Shown: positions 1 through 44,659 of the stretch, in pieces
How the letters are laid out: each line of letters opens with the position of its first letter
How positions within the stretch are numbered: position 1 is the first letter of the stretch
Assembly (NCBI GenBank): GCA_963842525.1
Contig: CAWJGT010000019.1
Span: 256,001 to 320,000, forward strand
Direction of reading: 5' to 3'
DNA length: 64,000 bases
Source: an uncultured Holophagales bacterium
GTDB lineage: Bacteria; Acidobacteriota; Thermoanaerobaculia; Multivoradales; UBA5704
The notes under the pieces: model-generated
What the model was told of the DNA's origin: nothing
Seen by the model: only the letters and a program-made list of their open reading frames with translations
The model's database searches: none
Made by a program: the position numbers and the translations under genes

Positions 1-23691
<23,691 letters not shown>

Positions 23692-23695
<4 letters not shown>

Positions 23696-26600
23696 CCACG
23701 GCGTTCGATCTGTCCGACAAGAAGCGCCTGCTCCTCTCGAAGCTCCTGCAGAAGCGGGGGCTCGCCACGGAGGAGACGCCGCAGCAGCGCATCCCCCGCC
23801 GAGTGGCGCTGGAGCCGGCGCCGCTCTCCTTCGGACAGCAACGGCTCTGGTTCCTGCACCAGCTCGACCCGCAGAGCACGGTCTACAACATCGTCGAGGC
23901 CGTGCGTCTGGTCGGTCCTCTGGACACGCCGTCGTTCGAGCGCGCCCTGGTCGAGGTCGTCCGCCGCCACGAGGCCCTGCGCACGGTGTTCCTCGCCGTC
24001 GACGGCCAGCCCGTGCAGGCCGTGGCGGAGCGTATGGACCTGCCGTTGCCGCGGATCGACCTCGCGGCGCTGCCGGAGAGGACCCGCGCAGGCGAGGCCG
24101 CCCGCCTCGCCGCCGCGCTCTCCCGCCGCACCTTCGACCTCGCGCGCGGGCCGCTCCTCGGGGCGGCGCTGCTGCGGCTGGAGGCCGCCGAGCACGTGCT
24201 CGTGCTCGTGATGCACCACATCGCCTCCGATGGCTGGTCGATGGGCGTCCTGGTGCGCGAGCTGACCGCCCTCTACGGCGCCTTCTCCGCCGGCCGGCGG
24301 TCGCCCCTGCCCGAGCTGCCGATCCAATACCCGGACTTCGCCGTGTGGCAGCGCGATTGGCTACAGGGCGAGGCCCTGGAGTCGCAGCTCCGCTTCTGGA
24401 GGGAGCGCCTGGCCGGAGCGCCTGCACATCTCGATCTGCCGACCGACCGGCCGCGACCGATCGTCCAGAGCTTCCGCGGCGCCCGCCAGGGGCTGGTCGT
24501 GGACCGGGTCGCCGCCGCGGCGCTGCGCAGCCTCTCCCAGGCCTGCGGAGCGACGCTGTTCATGACCCTGACGGCGGCGCTGGGGGCCCTGCTCCATCGC
24601 TACACCGGCCAGGACGATGTCCTGCTCGGGACGCCGATCGCAGGCCGCCATCGTCCCGAGACCGAGGCCCTGGTCGGGTTCTTCGTCAACACCCTGGTGC
24701 TGCGCGTCGAGCTGGCGGCCGATCCCGGCTTCCCCGAGCTCCTGGAGCGGGTCCGCGAGACGGCCCTGCAGGTCGATGCGCACCAGGACCTCCCCTTCGA
24801 GAAGCTGGTCGAGTCGCTGGATCTGCCGCGGGACCTGTCGCGGACTCCGCTCTTCCAGGTGCTGCTCGTCTACCAGAACCTGCCCCAGGTCGCCGAGCGG
24901 CCGCAGGACCTCGCCGTACGCCCCTTCGGGGTGGAGGTGCGGACGGCGCAGTTCGAGCTGAGCGTCGCGCTCACCGAACGGGAGCAGGGGATCTTCGGCA
25001 ACATCGACTACCGGACCGACCTCTTCGACCCGTCGACCGTCCGGCGGCTTGCCCGCCACTTCGAGGCCCTGCTGCGCGGGGTCGCACAGCACCCCGATCG
25101 CGCGGTCTCCGAGCTGCCGTTGCTCAGCGACGCCGAGCTTCAGCAGGTGGTGCGCGAGCTGAACGGCGCCGCCGACGCTGGCAACGGACAGTGGCTCTGC
25201 CATCAGCTCTTCGAGGCGCAGGCGGAACGGACGCCGGAGGCGCCGGCCGTCGTCTCCGACAGCGGGAGCCTGACCTACCGCGAGCTCGAGCAACGGGCCG
25301 ACGCCCTGGCCTGCCGCCTCCGGCGGCTCGGCATCGGACCCGAGTCGCGCGTCGGCCTCTGTTGCGAGCGTTCCTCCGACGCCCTGGCGGCCATGCTCGG
25401 CGTCCTCAAGGCAGGCGGCGCCTACGTGCCCCTCGATCCCGAGTCGCCGCGCGAGCGCCTGGCCGCCATCGTGGCCGATGCCGGCGTGGACCTGCTGCTG
25501 ACCCAGGAACGCCTCGCGCCCTCCCTCGCCGGGCTCGCACCGCGGGTCCTGGCGATCGATGCCGATCTGTCCGATCCGTCCGATCTGTCGGATGTTCAGG
25601 TCTCTCCCGACAACGCCGCCTACGTGATCTACACTTCGGGCTCGACCGGGGTGCCGAAGGGGGTCGTGACGCCCCATCGCGCCGTCGTGAGCTTCGTCCA
25701 GGGCCTGTCCGCGGCGGTGGGCCTGGGGCCGGGCGACCGCCTGCTGCTGTTCGCGCCGCTGTCGTTCGACGCCTCGGTGCTCCAGATCTTTCCGGCGCTG
25801 GCGAGCGGAGCGGCGGTGGTGGTGCACCGCAACCCGCGGGAGCTGGCCAACCACGAGATCCTGGGCTTCTGCGAGCGCCATGGCGTCACGGTGCTGGACC
25901 TGCCGGCCGCCCTGCTGCGCCAGTGGGTGGAGGACGTGGCAGCGCGGCGGCTGCCGCTGCCCGGCTGCCTGCGAGCGTTTCTGACCGGCGGCGAGAGCGT
26001 GCCGGTGGAGCGATTGAAGACCTGGGCGGGGCTGACCGACCGCCGGCTCGATTTTTTCTCCTCCTACGGCCCCACCGAGGCGACGGTCACCGCGACCGTC
26101 TTCCAGACCGCCAACGACCGGGTGGAGGACCTCGCGGGAGCCAACCTGCCGATCGGCCGCCCGCTCCCCGCCGCGCGGGCCTATGTGCTCGACCGTAGGA
26201 CGCGGCCGGTGCCGTTCGGCGTGCCCGGCGAGCTGTTCCTGGGCGGCGCGGGCCTCGCGCGCGGCTACCTCGGCCGCCCCGGTCCGACCGCCGCCTCCTT
26301 CGTGCCCGATTCCCTCGCGGAGGACAACGAGAACGGTGGAGCCGGAGGGCGCCTCTACCGGACCGGCGACCTCGCGCGCTGGCTGCCCAGCGGGCAGCTC
26401 GAATTCCTGGGTCGCACCGACCACCAGGTCAAGATCCGCGGCTTCCGCCTGGAGCCCGCCGAGGTGGAGTCGGCGCTCCTCCTGCATCCAGCCCTGCGCG
26501 AGGCCGCGGTCCTGCTGCGTGAAGACCGCCCCGGCGACAAGCGGCTGGCCGCCTACGTCGTGGCTCATGCCGCCCCGCCCACCGCCGGCGAGCTGCGGGA

Positions 26601-29600
26601 CTTCCTCGCCGCCCGGCTGCCGCAGTACATGGTACCGGCGGCGTTCGTCTCCCTGCCCGCGCTGCCGGTGCTCGCCAGCGGCAAGGTGGACCGCGCGGCG
26701 CTCCCAGTGCCGGAGATGGAGCTGTCCGATCTCGCGGGGGACTACGCGGCGCCGCGCACCCCCGGCGAAGAGCTGCTCGCCGGCATCTGGAGCCAGATCC
26801 TCGGCCTCGAGCGGGTCGGTGCTCACGACGACTTCTTCGCGGTGGGCGGGCACTCCCTGCTGGCGACCCAGGTGGCGTCCCGGGTGCGCGACGCCTTCGG
26901 GGTGGAGCTGCCGCTGCGCGTCCTGTTCGAAAGCCCGACGCTGGCCGGCCTCGCAGCGCAGGTCGAGGAGGCGCAGCGCGCCGGCGCCGGGGTGCAGGCG
27001 CCGCCGATCGTGCCGGTGCCGCGCGATGCCCCCGGGGTGGAGCTGCCGCTCTCCTTCGCGCAGCAGCGGCTCTGGTTCCTGCACCAGCTCGACCCGGAGA
27101 GCCCCGTCTACAACCAGCCGGCCACCTTCCGCCTGCGGGGACCCTTCAGCGTGCCGGCGCTCTCGCGCGCTCTCACGGAGATCGTGCGGCGGCACGAGAC
27201 GCTGCGCACCACCTTTGCCGCTCCCGACGGCCGGCCGGTGCAGTCGATCGCGCCGCCCGCGCCGCAGCTCGTGCCGGTCGTGGACCTGCGAAGCCTCCCG
27301 GATGGGGTGCGCGAGCGGACCGCCCTGCGGCTCGCCGCCGAGGAGGCGGCACGCCCCTTCGACCTCTCCCGGCTGCCGGTCGTGCGTGCGCGGCTCCTGC
27401 GGCTGGGTGACGAGGACCAGGCGCTGCTCTTCACCCTGCATCACATCAGCAGCGACGGCTGGTCCATGGACGTGCTGCGGCGCGAGGTCGTGGAGCTGTA
27501 CGAGGCGTATGCGACGGGGCGCGAGCCGCGGCTGCCCGAGCTGCCGGTCCAGTACGCCGACTTCGCCCGGTGGCAGCGCGACTGGCTCCAGGGTGAGGTG
27601 CTCGACACCCAGCTCCGGTACTGGCGCGACCATCTCGTCGGCGCTCCCGCGGTGCTGGAGCTGCCCGTCGATCGCCCCCGCCCGCCGGCGCAGACCTACC
27701 GCGGCGGCAGGAGGTCGCGGGTGCTGCCCGCCGGCCTCGCCCGCTCGCTCGTGGAGCTCGGCCGGCGCGAGATGGCCACGCCGTTCATGACCCTGCTCGC
27801 GGCCTTCCAGGTGTTGCTCCACCGCTACACGGGACAGGACGCGATCGTCGTGGGGACTCCGATCGCCAACCGCAACCGCTCCGAGGTCGAGGGGCTGATC
27901 GGCTTTTTCGTCAATACCCTGGCGTTGCGCGCCGACCTGGGGGACGACCCCGGCTTCCGCACTCTGCTGCATCGGGTCCGCGAGGCCTCTCTCGGCGGCT
28001 ACGCCCACCAGGACCTGCCGTTCGAGAAGCTGGTCGACGAGCTGCAGCCGCAGCGCGACATGAGCCGCTCGCCGATCTTCCAGGTCCTGTTCGTCCACCA
28101 GGCCGCGCCGCCGTCGTCGGCGCCGATGTCCGGCGTGCCGCTCGAGCCGTTCGGCGCCGACACCGGCGTCGCTCGCTACGACCTGACCCTGGCCTGCGTG
28201 GAGCAGCGCGCCGGCATGCTCTGCGACATCGACTTCAACGTGGATCTGTTCGATCCCGAGAGTGCGGACCGCATGGCCCGGCTCTTCGTCCATCTGCTGG
28301 CGGGGATCGCCGCCGATCCGGACGCGGCGGTGTCCGATCTGCCGCTGCTCGACGAGGCCGAGCGCGCCGAGGTGGTCCATCGCTGGAACGAGACCCGGCG
28401 CGAGCTGAGCGGAGACCTCCTGCTGCACCGGTTGTTCGAGGCGCAGGCCGAGCGGGCGCCCGCGGCCCTGGCCGTGGTCGCCGAGGGCGAGAGCCTCACC
28501 TACCGCGAGCTGGAGCAGCGGGCGAGCCGCCTCGCCCGCCACCTCCGGCGGCTGGGCGTCGGGCCCGAGTCGCGCGTCGGGATCTGCTGCGAAAGGTCGC
28601 CCGACGCGCTCGCCGCGATGCTCGGCGTGCTCAAGACGGGTGGGGCCTATGTGCCGCTCGACCCCGAATCCCCCGGCGAGCGCCTGGCCGCGATCGCGGC
28701 CGATGCCGGCCTCGACCTGGTGCTCACCCAGGACCGTCTGGCTGCCTCGCTCCAGGGCCTGCCGGCGCGGATGCTGCGGGTCGACGCCGATCGGGCCGAT
28801 CTGTCGGATGAGACCGAGCAGTTGGATGTTCAGATCTCTCCCGACAATGCCGCCTACGTGATCTACACCTCCGGCTCGACCGGGACGCCCAAAGGGGTCG
28901 TGGCACCCCACCGCGGAGTCGTCAACTTCGTCCATGGCCTGGCCGGGGAGGTCGGGCTCGGGCCGGGCGACCGCCTGCTGGTCTTCGCACCGCTCTCCTT
29001 CGACGCCTCGGTGCTCCAGATCTTCCCCACCCTGGCGAGCGGCGCCACGGTCGTGCTGCACCGCAACCCGCGCGAGCTGGCGAGCCACGAGATCCTGGAT
29101 TTCTGTGCCCGTTTCGGCGTCACGGTACTCGACCTGCCGGCCGCCCTGCTGCGCCAGTGGGTCGAGGACGTGGCCGCCCTCCGGCTGCCGCTGCCGCCGT
29201 GCCTGCGCGCCTTCCTGACCGGCGGCGAGAGCGTTCCCGTGGCGCGGCTCAGAACCTGGGCCGGGCTCGCCGGCCGGCCGCTCTCGTTTCTCTCGTCCTA
29301 TGGCCCGACCGAGGCTTCGGTCACCTCCACGGTCTTCGTGACCGGCAACGATCCCCGGCAGGCGCCGGACGGGATGAACCTGCCGATCGGCCGGCCCCTG
29401 CCCAACACCCGCGCCTATGTGCTCGACCGGCGGCTGCGGCCGGTACCGCGCGGCGTGCCGGGCGAGTTGTTCATCGCCGGCGCCGGCCTCACCCGCGGCT
29501 ACCTCGGCCGGCCCGACGCGACGGCCGAGGTCTTCCTGCCCGACTCTCTGGCTGCAGAGATCGGCGAGCCGGGAGGCCGCCTCTACCGCACCGGCGACCT

Positions 29601-31664
29601 GGCCCGCTGGCGGACGGAAGGCCACCTCGAGTTCCTCGGCCGCGCCGACCACCAGGTCAAGATCCGCGGCTTCCGCCTGGAGCTCGGCGAGGTCGAGGCC
29701 GCGCTCCGGCGCCACCCGGCGCTGCGCGAGACGGTCGTCCTGCTGCGCGAGGACCGGCCGGGGGACCGGCGGCTGGTCGCCTATCTATCTCCACGCGAAG
29801 GAGCGGAGCCGCCGCCGGTCGGCGAGCTGCGCAGCTTCCTCGCCGAGCGGCTGCCTCACTACATGGTGCCCTCTGCCTTTGTCACCCTGCCGGCGCTGCC
29901 GGTGCTCGCCAGCGGCAAGGTGGACCGCGCGGCGCTGCCCGCGCCGGACGCCGCGCGGCCGGAGCTGGAGGGCGGATACGCCGCGCCTCGCACCGCGGAG
30001 GAAGAGCTGCTGGCGGGCATCTGGGCACAGGTTCTCGGCGTCGAGCGCGTCGGCATCCACGACAACTTCTTCGAGCTGGGCGGCGACTCGATCCTCTCCA
30101 TCCAGATCATCGCGCGCGCCAACCAGGCAGGGCTGCACCTGACAGCCAAGCAGCTCTTCGAGCACCAGACCGTCGCCGAGCTTGCGCAGTCGGCGGAGTC
30201 GGCGACCGCCGTGGTCGCAGAGCAGGGGACCGTCAGCGGCCCGGTACCGCTCACCCCGATCATGCACTGGTTCTTCGAGCAAGGGTTCGCCAACCTGCAC
30301 CACTTCAACCAGGCGGTGATGCTGGCGCCGCGCGAGCCGCTTGTCCCGGGGGCGCTCGACCGGGCCGCGGCCATGCTCTTCGCCCACCACGACGCCCTGC
30401 GCCTGCAGGCCGTGCGCGACGCCGGAAGCTGGCGGCTGGAGAACGCCGCGAGCGAGCCGTCCACGCCCTTCGTCTGGATCGACCTCGGGCAGGTCCCGGC
30501 GGCGGAGCGGGCGGCGGCCTTGTACGACGCGGCCTCCCAGCTCCAGGCCGGCTTCGACCTCGCAAGCGGCCCGCTCGCCTGCCTCGCCCTCTTCGATGTC
30601 GGCGAGGGGACCCAGCGCCTGTTGTGGGTGATGCACCACCTGGTGGGCGATGGCGTCTCCTGGCGCGTCCTCCAGGAGGACCTCGAGCGGGCCTACCGCC
30701 AGGCCGCGGCGGATGAACCGCCGGCGCTGCCGCCCAAGACCACCTCGTTCAAGGCCTGGGCCGAGCGCCTCCTCGCCTATGCCGGCTCGGAGGAGCTCCA
30801 CGGCGAGCTGGAGCACTGGCTCGCCATCGCCGGCGCCGCGGTGCCGCGGCTGCCTCTCGATGCTGTCGAAGGGCCCGGGCTGGCGGCGAACACCGTCGAG
30901 TCGGGACGCTCGGTCGCCCTGGCGCTGACCCCGAAGAGACCCAGGCCCTTCTGCAGGAGGTCCCGGCAGCCTACCGGACGCAGATCAACGACGCGCTGCT
31001 CGCCGCTCTGGCGCAGGCGCTCGCGCCCTGGACGGGAGCAACCGCTCTGCGCGTCGATCTCGAAGGGCACGGGCGGGAGCCGCTGTTCGACGACGTCGAC
31101 CTGTCGCGCACGGTGGGATGGTTCACCACCCAGTTCCCCGTGCTCGTGGACCCGGGGGACGCCACGAGCCCGGGTCCGGCGCTCGCCGCGGTCAAGGAGC
31201 AGCTCCGCCGCGCCCCGCGCAACGGCATCGGCTACGGCCTGCTGCGCCACCTGAGCGGCGCGCCGGCCGCCCGGGCGCTACGGGAGGCGCCGCCGGCAGA
31301 GGTCAGCTTCAACTACCTGGGCCAGTTCGACCAGCTCGCTTCTGCGCAGGAGGCCACCTTCCGGCCGACGGGCGAGCCGTCAGGGCCGGCGCGCAATCAG
31401 CGCTCTCACCGCACCCATCTTCTGGAGGTGAGCGGCCTGGTGGCCGGCGGGCGGCTCCAGCTCACCCTCGGCTACAGCGCCAACCTCCACCACCGCTCGA
31501 CGATCGAGCGGCTGGCCGAGGCCTACGCCGAGGCGTTGCGTTCGCTCATTTCCCACCGCCAGCAGGCGGCCGGTACGGCGCTGACACCGTCCGACTTCCC
31601 GCTGGCGAAGCTCGACGAAAAGAATTTCCGCAAGCTGTCGGCCCTGCTCGACGACGCGGAGTGA
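23692..31664 (+). CDS. NRPS C-A-T-C-A-T-E; single-base deletion in C-run 30929-30932 splits the E domain
   Basis: GTG overlaps the previous TGA. Two HHxxxDG C domains. Both A codes DALDLGSVTK. T GGDS precedes E (HHLVGDGVSW, EGHGRE, RTVGWFT, FNYLGQFD). One extra C restores LTPEETQALLQEVPAAYRTQIND and joins ORF 31113..31664. C-terminal LTPSDFPLA COM-like tail. Confidence 0.92.
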
Positions 31665-31680
31665 TTGACGGAGCCGATGC

Positions 31681-39401
<7,721 letters not shown>

Positions 39402-39405
<4 letters not shown>

Positions 39406-42400
39406 CCCCTGCCAACGACGCCGCGCGCCGCATCGCCGCCCTTTCGCCGGAGCAGCGCGAGCAGCTCCTGCGCGAGCTGGCCAAGGCCAAGCGGGAAGCG
39501 CCGCCCGACCAGCCTCCCACGCCCGTGGCGGCGCCCGTTACCGCCACGGAGCTGCCTCAACTGGTGCCGCGGCCGGAGGAACGCTACCAGCCCTTCCGGC
39601 TGACCGACGTGCAGGAGATGTACTGGTCCGGGCGCAGCCGCCTCTTCGACCTTTGGGCGCCGGGTGGCAACGTCTACATCGAATACGAGCTGCCGGGTGA
39701 CGAGTGGTTCGTCGACCAGCTCGAGCAGGCCATGCGGCGGCTCTGCGACCGCCACGACATCCTCCGCTTCGTGATGCGGCCGGACGGCCGGGGGCAGCTC
39801 CTCCAGCGCCTGCCCCCCTTCCGCTTCGAGCTGGCCAACCTCCGCGACCTCGAGCCGGCAAAGGTGGAGGAGCGGATCGCCGCGGCGCGCGAGCGCTTCC
39901 GCTACCACGAGGGGCCGGCCGGGCAGTGGCCGCTCTTCGGTTTCCTGATCCATTTTTTAGATGGCGGGCGCATCCGCATCCACGTCTGGCTCGACTGCCT
40001 GCTGGTCGACGGCCTGTCGCGCGACAACCTCTGGCGCGACCTGCTCCAGATCCTCGACGACCCGGACAAGGAGCTGCCCCCGCTCGACATCACCTACCGC
40101 GACTACGCCGTGACCTGGGAGGAGATCCGGCAGAGCGAGGCGTACCGCCGCGCCCGCGACTACTGGCAGCGGCGCGTCCCCCAGCTCCCGCCGCCGCTGG
40201 AGCTGCCGCTCGTCGAGAGCCTCGGCCCGCACACGGCCACCCGCTGGGCCGATCAGTTCGCCCCCGTCCTGGAGCCCGAGGCCTGGCAACGCGTCAAGGA
40301 CCGGGCCGCGCGGCTGGGCGTCACGCCGTCGAGCGTGCTGATCTCCGCCTTCGTCGAGACCATCCGCGCCTGGAGCCGCCGGCCGAAGTTCTTTTTCAGC
40401 CTGGAGGGGACCTACTGGCCGCAGGTCCACCCACAGCTCCGCGAGATGGTGGGTAATTTCAATACGATCTACATCCTGGCCGCGGACGATCTGACCGGGA
40501 CGTTCGCCGAGCGCACGCGGCGCCTGCAGGACCAGCTCTCCGAGGTGATCGAGCACCGCGTCTTCACCGGCTTCCAGGTGCTGCGCGAAATCCGCCGCCA
40601 TCTCGGCGGCGGCACGCGAGCCCTCTCGCTGGTGATGTTCAACAGCCTCATCGAGTTCAGGCACGGCAGCTATCAGGACAAGCCCCTGCCCACCGGGGCC
40701 GGTGCCGCACCGGCACCCGCCGTGGTACCCCCCGCCGCGGTTCCGGGCGTGGGCGACGGCCCCGCGCCGCCGCCGGACGCCGGTCCGATGGTGCAGTTCG
40801 AGGAGACCGCGTACATGCCGCAGCTCCTCATGCTGCCGGCCGTGTTCGAGGGCGGAGCGGGGCATCTCGTGGTCAAGTTCCAGACCGTCGAGCACCTCTT
40901 CCCGCCGCGCCTGATCGCCGACCTCCGGGACGCCTTCGTCGGCGTCGTCCGCAAGCTCGCCGACAGCGAGTCGGCCTGGAAGGCGCCTTTTTTTGCCGTG
41001 GCCCCGGCAGCCCACCTGGAACGGCGCGCCGCTCCAAGGGCTCCGATCGCTGCTCCGGCCCAGGCTCCGGCGACGCTCTGGTCCCTCTTCGCCGCGCAGG
41101 CCGCATCGGACCCCGGCCGGCCCGCGGTCGCGGCGCCCGACCGGACGCTCACCTACGGCGAGCTGACCGAACGGGCCGAAACCCTGGCGCGCCGCCTGCT
41201 GGCGCTCGGCGCCGGCCCCAACCAGCTCGTGGCCGCCGTGCTCGACCGCGGCTGGCAGCAGGCCGTCGCCGTCCTCGGCATCCTGCGCTCCGGGGCCGCC
41301 TGCCTGCCGCTGGAGCCTCATGCTCCGGAGAGTCTCCTAGTGGATCTCCTCGCCAAGGGAGTCCGCCTGGCCGTCGGAACGCGGCGCGCCGGGCCGGACG
41401 GGCTCCTCTGGCTGGACCTGGAAGGGGAAGAGGCCGCGGACGACCGCTCCCTGCCCGAAGCGGGGACCCGCGACCTGGCCTGCGCCGTCCTGACCCGCCT
41501 CCCGGCAGGGACCACTGCCTGGGCACTTCTGGAGCACCGCGCCGTGGCGCCGGTCGTCGCCGACCTCGCCCAGCGCCTCGGCCTCGGCACCGGCGACCGG
41601 CTGCTGTCGTTGGCGCCCCCAGGCTCCGACCTTGCCCTCTGCGATCTCCTCGCCCCGCTCGCGGCAGGTGCCGCCGTGGTGCTTCCTGCCGCGGCCGACA
41701 ACGACCCGGCGAGCTGGGCGCGGCTGGCGGCGGAGAGCGGCGCCACCGTCTGGAGCGGCCCTCCGGCCCTGATCGAGCGGATGCTCTCGCGGTTTTCTGG
41801 TCCCATCGCTGGTCCCATCGCCGGTCCAATCGCCGGCCCGCCGCGGCTCGTGCTGCTCGAACGTGACACCGTCCCCGTCACCCTGCCCGGCCGCCTGCGC
41901 GACCTCGCGCCGGACACCCGGGTGTTGGCGCTCGCCGGTTTCCCGGAGACCGCCTGTGCCGCCGCGCTCCACGAGGTCGAAGACGTTCCGGATGCGGCGG
42001 TCCGCATCCCGGCCGGCCGGCCCATCGCCCGCCAGGTCCTCCACGTCCTCGACCACGCCCTGGAGCCGCGTCCCGACTGGGTGGCTGGAGACCTGTACAT
42101 CGGCGGCCCCTGCCTGGCCCGCGGCTATCTGCGCGACGAGGCCGCGGCCCGCAGCCGTTTCCTGGTCCATCCGCGCACCGGCGAGCGCCTCTTCCGCACC
42201 GGCCTCCAGGCCCGCTTCCTCGCGGGAGGCGAGCTCGAGATCCTCGGCCGGGAGCAGGAGATGACCGCCGACATCCTCGGCTATCTCGCCGACCTCCGCC
42301 AGACCGAGGCCGCCCTCGAACGGCAGCCAGGAGTCAGAGCCGCCGTCGTGCGAGCCGAGGAGGACCCCGCAGCCAGAAGGCCCCGGCTCATCGCCTGGGT

Positions 42401-44411
42401 GGTGCCGGAGAACCCTCACCCCCGACCCCTCTCCCATCCGCACTCCCTTCCACCGGGAGAGGGAAGCCCTCACCCAGAGGCTTCCATGGCAGTGCCAGTT
42501 CCCCCCTCTCCCGGGTGGGAGGGAGTGCGGATGGGAGAGGGGGGCCAGGGGGGTGAGGGCCCACTCCCCTGGTACCTCATCCCCGCCGAGATCCACACCC
42601 TCGACGAGCTCCCCCTGGACGCCCACGGCGCCGTCGACCGCGCGGCCTTGCCTGCTGGCATCCCTGCGACTGTGGCGCCGCCGGTCCCTGATCTGACCGC
42701 CGATCCCCTGGTGCAGGATCTTTCCCGCCTCTGGTGCGAGATCCTGGAGATCGATCACGCGGGCGTCGACGACAACTTTTTCGAGCTGGGCGGGACCTCC
42801 TTCACCGCGGTCCGTGTGCTCGCCCGCATCCAGGAACGGGTGCCCGATGCCGGCGACCTCTCCTCGTTCCTCGTCGAGCCGACCGTCCGGCACCTGGCCG
42901 GGCTCCTACGCTCCCGCCGCGGAGAGCAGCCCGTACCCGCGCTGGCCGGCGCGCCGCCGCAACCGGTCTCGCTCTGGCAGCGCCTCACCGGCTGGCTGCG
43001 GCGCAATCCCCCACCCAGGGAGATAACCAAGGAGAACGACATGGCAGCACCCGACGCACAGCGCAGATGGCGGACCTTCCTGATCCTCTGGTTCGGCCAG
43101 ATGATCTCCAACTTCGGCACCGCCCTCGGCAGCTTCGCCCTGGGCGTGTGGGTGTTCCAGCAGAGCGGCAAGGCCACGAATTTCGCCATGGTCGGATTCG
43201 TCGGCATGGGCACCGGCCTGCTGATCACTCCAATCGCCGGCGTCATCGCGGACCGCTTCGACCGCAAGAAGGTGATGCTCTACTCGGATGCCTGCGCCGC
43301 GCTCGGCACGCTGACCATGGCCTGGCTCTTCTACACGGACCAGATGCAGATCTGGATGGTCTATCCCATCGTCATCTGGATGGGCGGCTGGGGCACCTTC
43401 CAGGGGCCGGCCCTGGCCGCCACCATCAGCATGCTCGTGCCGCGCGAGCAACTGGCCCGCGCGAGCGGCATGGGACAGATGGTGGGATCGGTCACCGGCA
43501 TCGTCGCGCCCCTGCTGGCCGCGGCCCTCATCGCGACCATCGGCTACCACGGCGTCATCATGCTCGACTTCGCGACCTTCCTGTGCGCCGCGGCCACCCT
43601 GTTCCTGATCCGCCTGCCGCGTATCGCGGCCATGGATCCGGGCGCGCACCGGCGCTCGCTCCTGCGCGACTCCGCGTTCGGCTGGAAATACATCCGCGAA
43701 CGCAACGGCCTGTTTTCGCTGCTGGTCCTCTTTGCGCTCACCAACTTCAGCATCGGCATGGTCTCGGTCCTGCTCGGGCCGATGATCCTGAGCTTCGGCT
43801 CGCCGGGCGACCTCGGCACCGTCAACGCCGCCGCCGCGGCCGGAGCCCTGCTCGGCGCCCTGGCCCTGACCATCTGGGGCGGCCCCAAGGTCCGGGTCTG
43901 GGGAATCTTCGCCGCGCTGGTGGTGCAGGGGCTCATCCTGCAGCTCGGCGGCATCGAGCCAAGTATCCCGCTGATCGCCGTGGCAGCCTTCATCTTCATG
44001 TCCACCGGCCCGATCGTGGCCGCCTCCAGCCAGGCCATCTGGCAGAGCAAGGTCGCCCATGAGGTCCAGGGCCGCGTCTTCGCGATCCGGCAACTGGTCG
44101 CCATGAGCACCATCCCCTTCGCCTATCTGGTCGCCGGTCCGCTGGTCGACAAGGTCTTCGGCCCCCTGCTCCTGCCAGGCGGTCCGCTGGCCGACAGCGT
44201 CGGCCGGATCGTCGGCGTCGGGCCGGGCCGCGGCGCCGGCCTGATGATCATGGTCCTCGGCCTCTGCATGATCGTCGCCGTCATCATCTCCTTCCTCAAC
44301 CCCCGCCTGCGCAAGGTCGAGCAGGAGCTGCCGGACGTCCAGCTACCCGGCGCCGCCGGCCCGGGCCAGGCACCCCCCGCCGCCCAGCCGGAAGCAGCCG
44401 CTGCCGGCTGA
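39402..44411 (+). CDS. Degenerate Cy-A-T module continuing in frame into an MFS transporter
   Basis: GTG 39402 overlaps the previous TGA. PFRLTDVQEMYWSGR and DCLLVDGLS (Cy type). A core motifs eroded. T DNFFELGGTS. The frame is open into a hydrophobic MFS region from ATG 43041. Confidence 0.8.
42413..42559. repeat. REP/RPE-like palindromic element inserted in frame in the dead A domain
   Basis: Arm CCCTCACCCCCGACCCCTCTCCCATCCGCACTCCCT..GGGAGAGGG with its reverse complement at 42504-42559. About 147 bp. Same family as 56607-56820 and 59549-59613. Confidence 0.85.
43041..44411 (+). CDS. MFS transporter (DHA3/H+ antiporter-like), possibly translated separately
   Basis: RBS AAGGAG just upstream of ATG 43041. 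FLILWFGQMISNFG, motif A-like GVIADRFDRKKV, about 12 hydrophobic segments, QGRVFAIR. Confidence 0.9.
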   Translation: MAAPDAQRRWRTFLILWFGQMISNFGTALGSFALGVWVFQQSGKATNFAMVGFVGMGTGLLITPIAGVIADRFDRKKVMLYSDACAALGTLTMAWLFYTDQMQIWMVYPIVIWMGGWGTFQGPALAATISMLVPREQLARASGMGQMVGSVTGIVAPLLAAALIATIGYHGVIMLDFATFLCAAATLFLIRLPRIAAMDPGAHRRSLLRDSAFGWKYIRERNGLFSLLVLFALTNFSIGMVSVLLGPMILSFGSPGDLGTVNAAAAAGALLGALALTIWGGPKVRVWGIFAALVVQGLILQLGGIEPSIPLIAVAAFIFMSTGPIVAASSQAIWQSKVAHEVQGRVFAIRQLVAMSTIPFAYLVAGPLVDKVFGPLLLPGGPLADSVGRIVGVGPGRGAGLMIMVLGLCMIVAVIISFLNPRLRKVEQELPDVQLPGAAGPGQAPPAAQPEAAAAG

Positions 44412-44659
44412 ACCTACCCGAGGATCATCCTGGCCTCCCTGCCAACCTCCTGCTCGGAGGGCGGAGGGAGGCGCCCTGTCCGGGCGCGGGCGCATAGCTC
44501 CCTCCCTTGGTTGTGAATACGATCTCCAAAAGTCCCCAAGTTGTCAAGACGTCTCTTGATAAACGAAAGATTATCAGCCACCGTATGCACATTCACGAAG
44601 CACGCGGCGCCAATTCCGGCGCCGGGATGTCTCCGCAAGGAGAGAGAAAGGAAGACAGT

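Noticed and set aside
39570-41000. Functional oxazoline/thiazoline-forming module
   Set aside because: The C-terminal Cy catalytic motifs are altered and the cognate A domain lacks ATP-binding residues.
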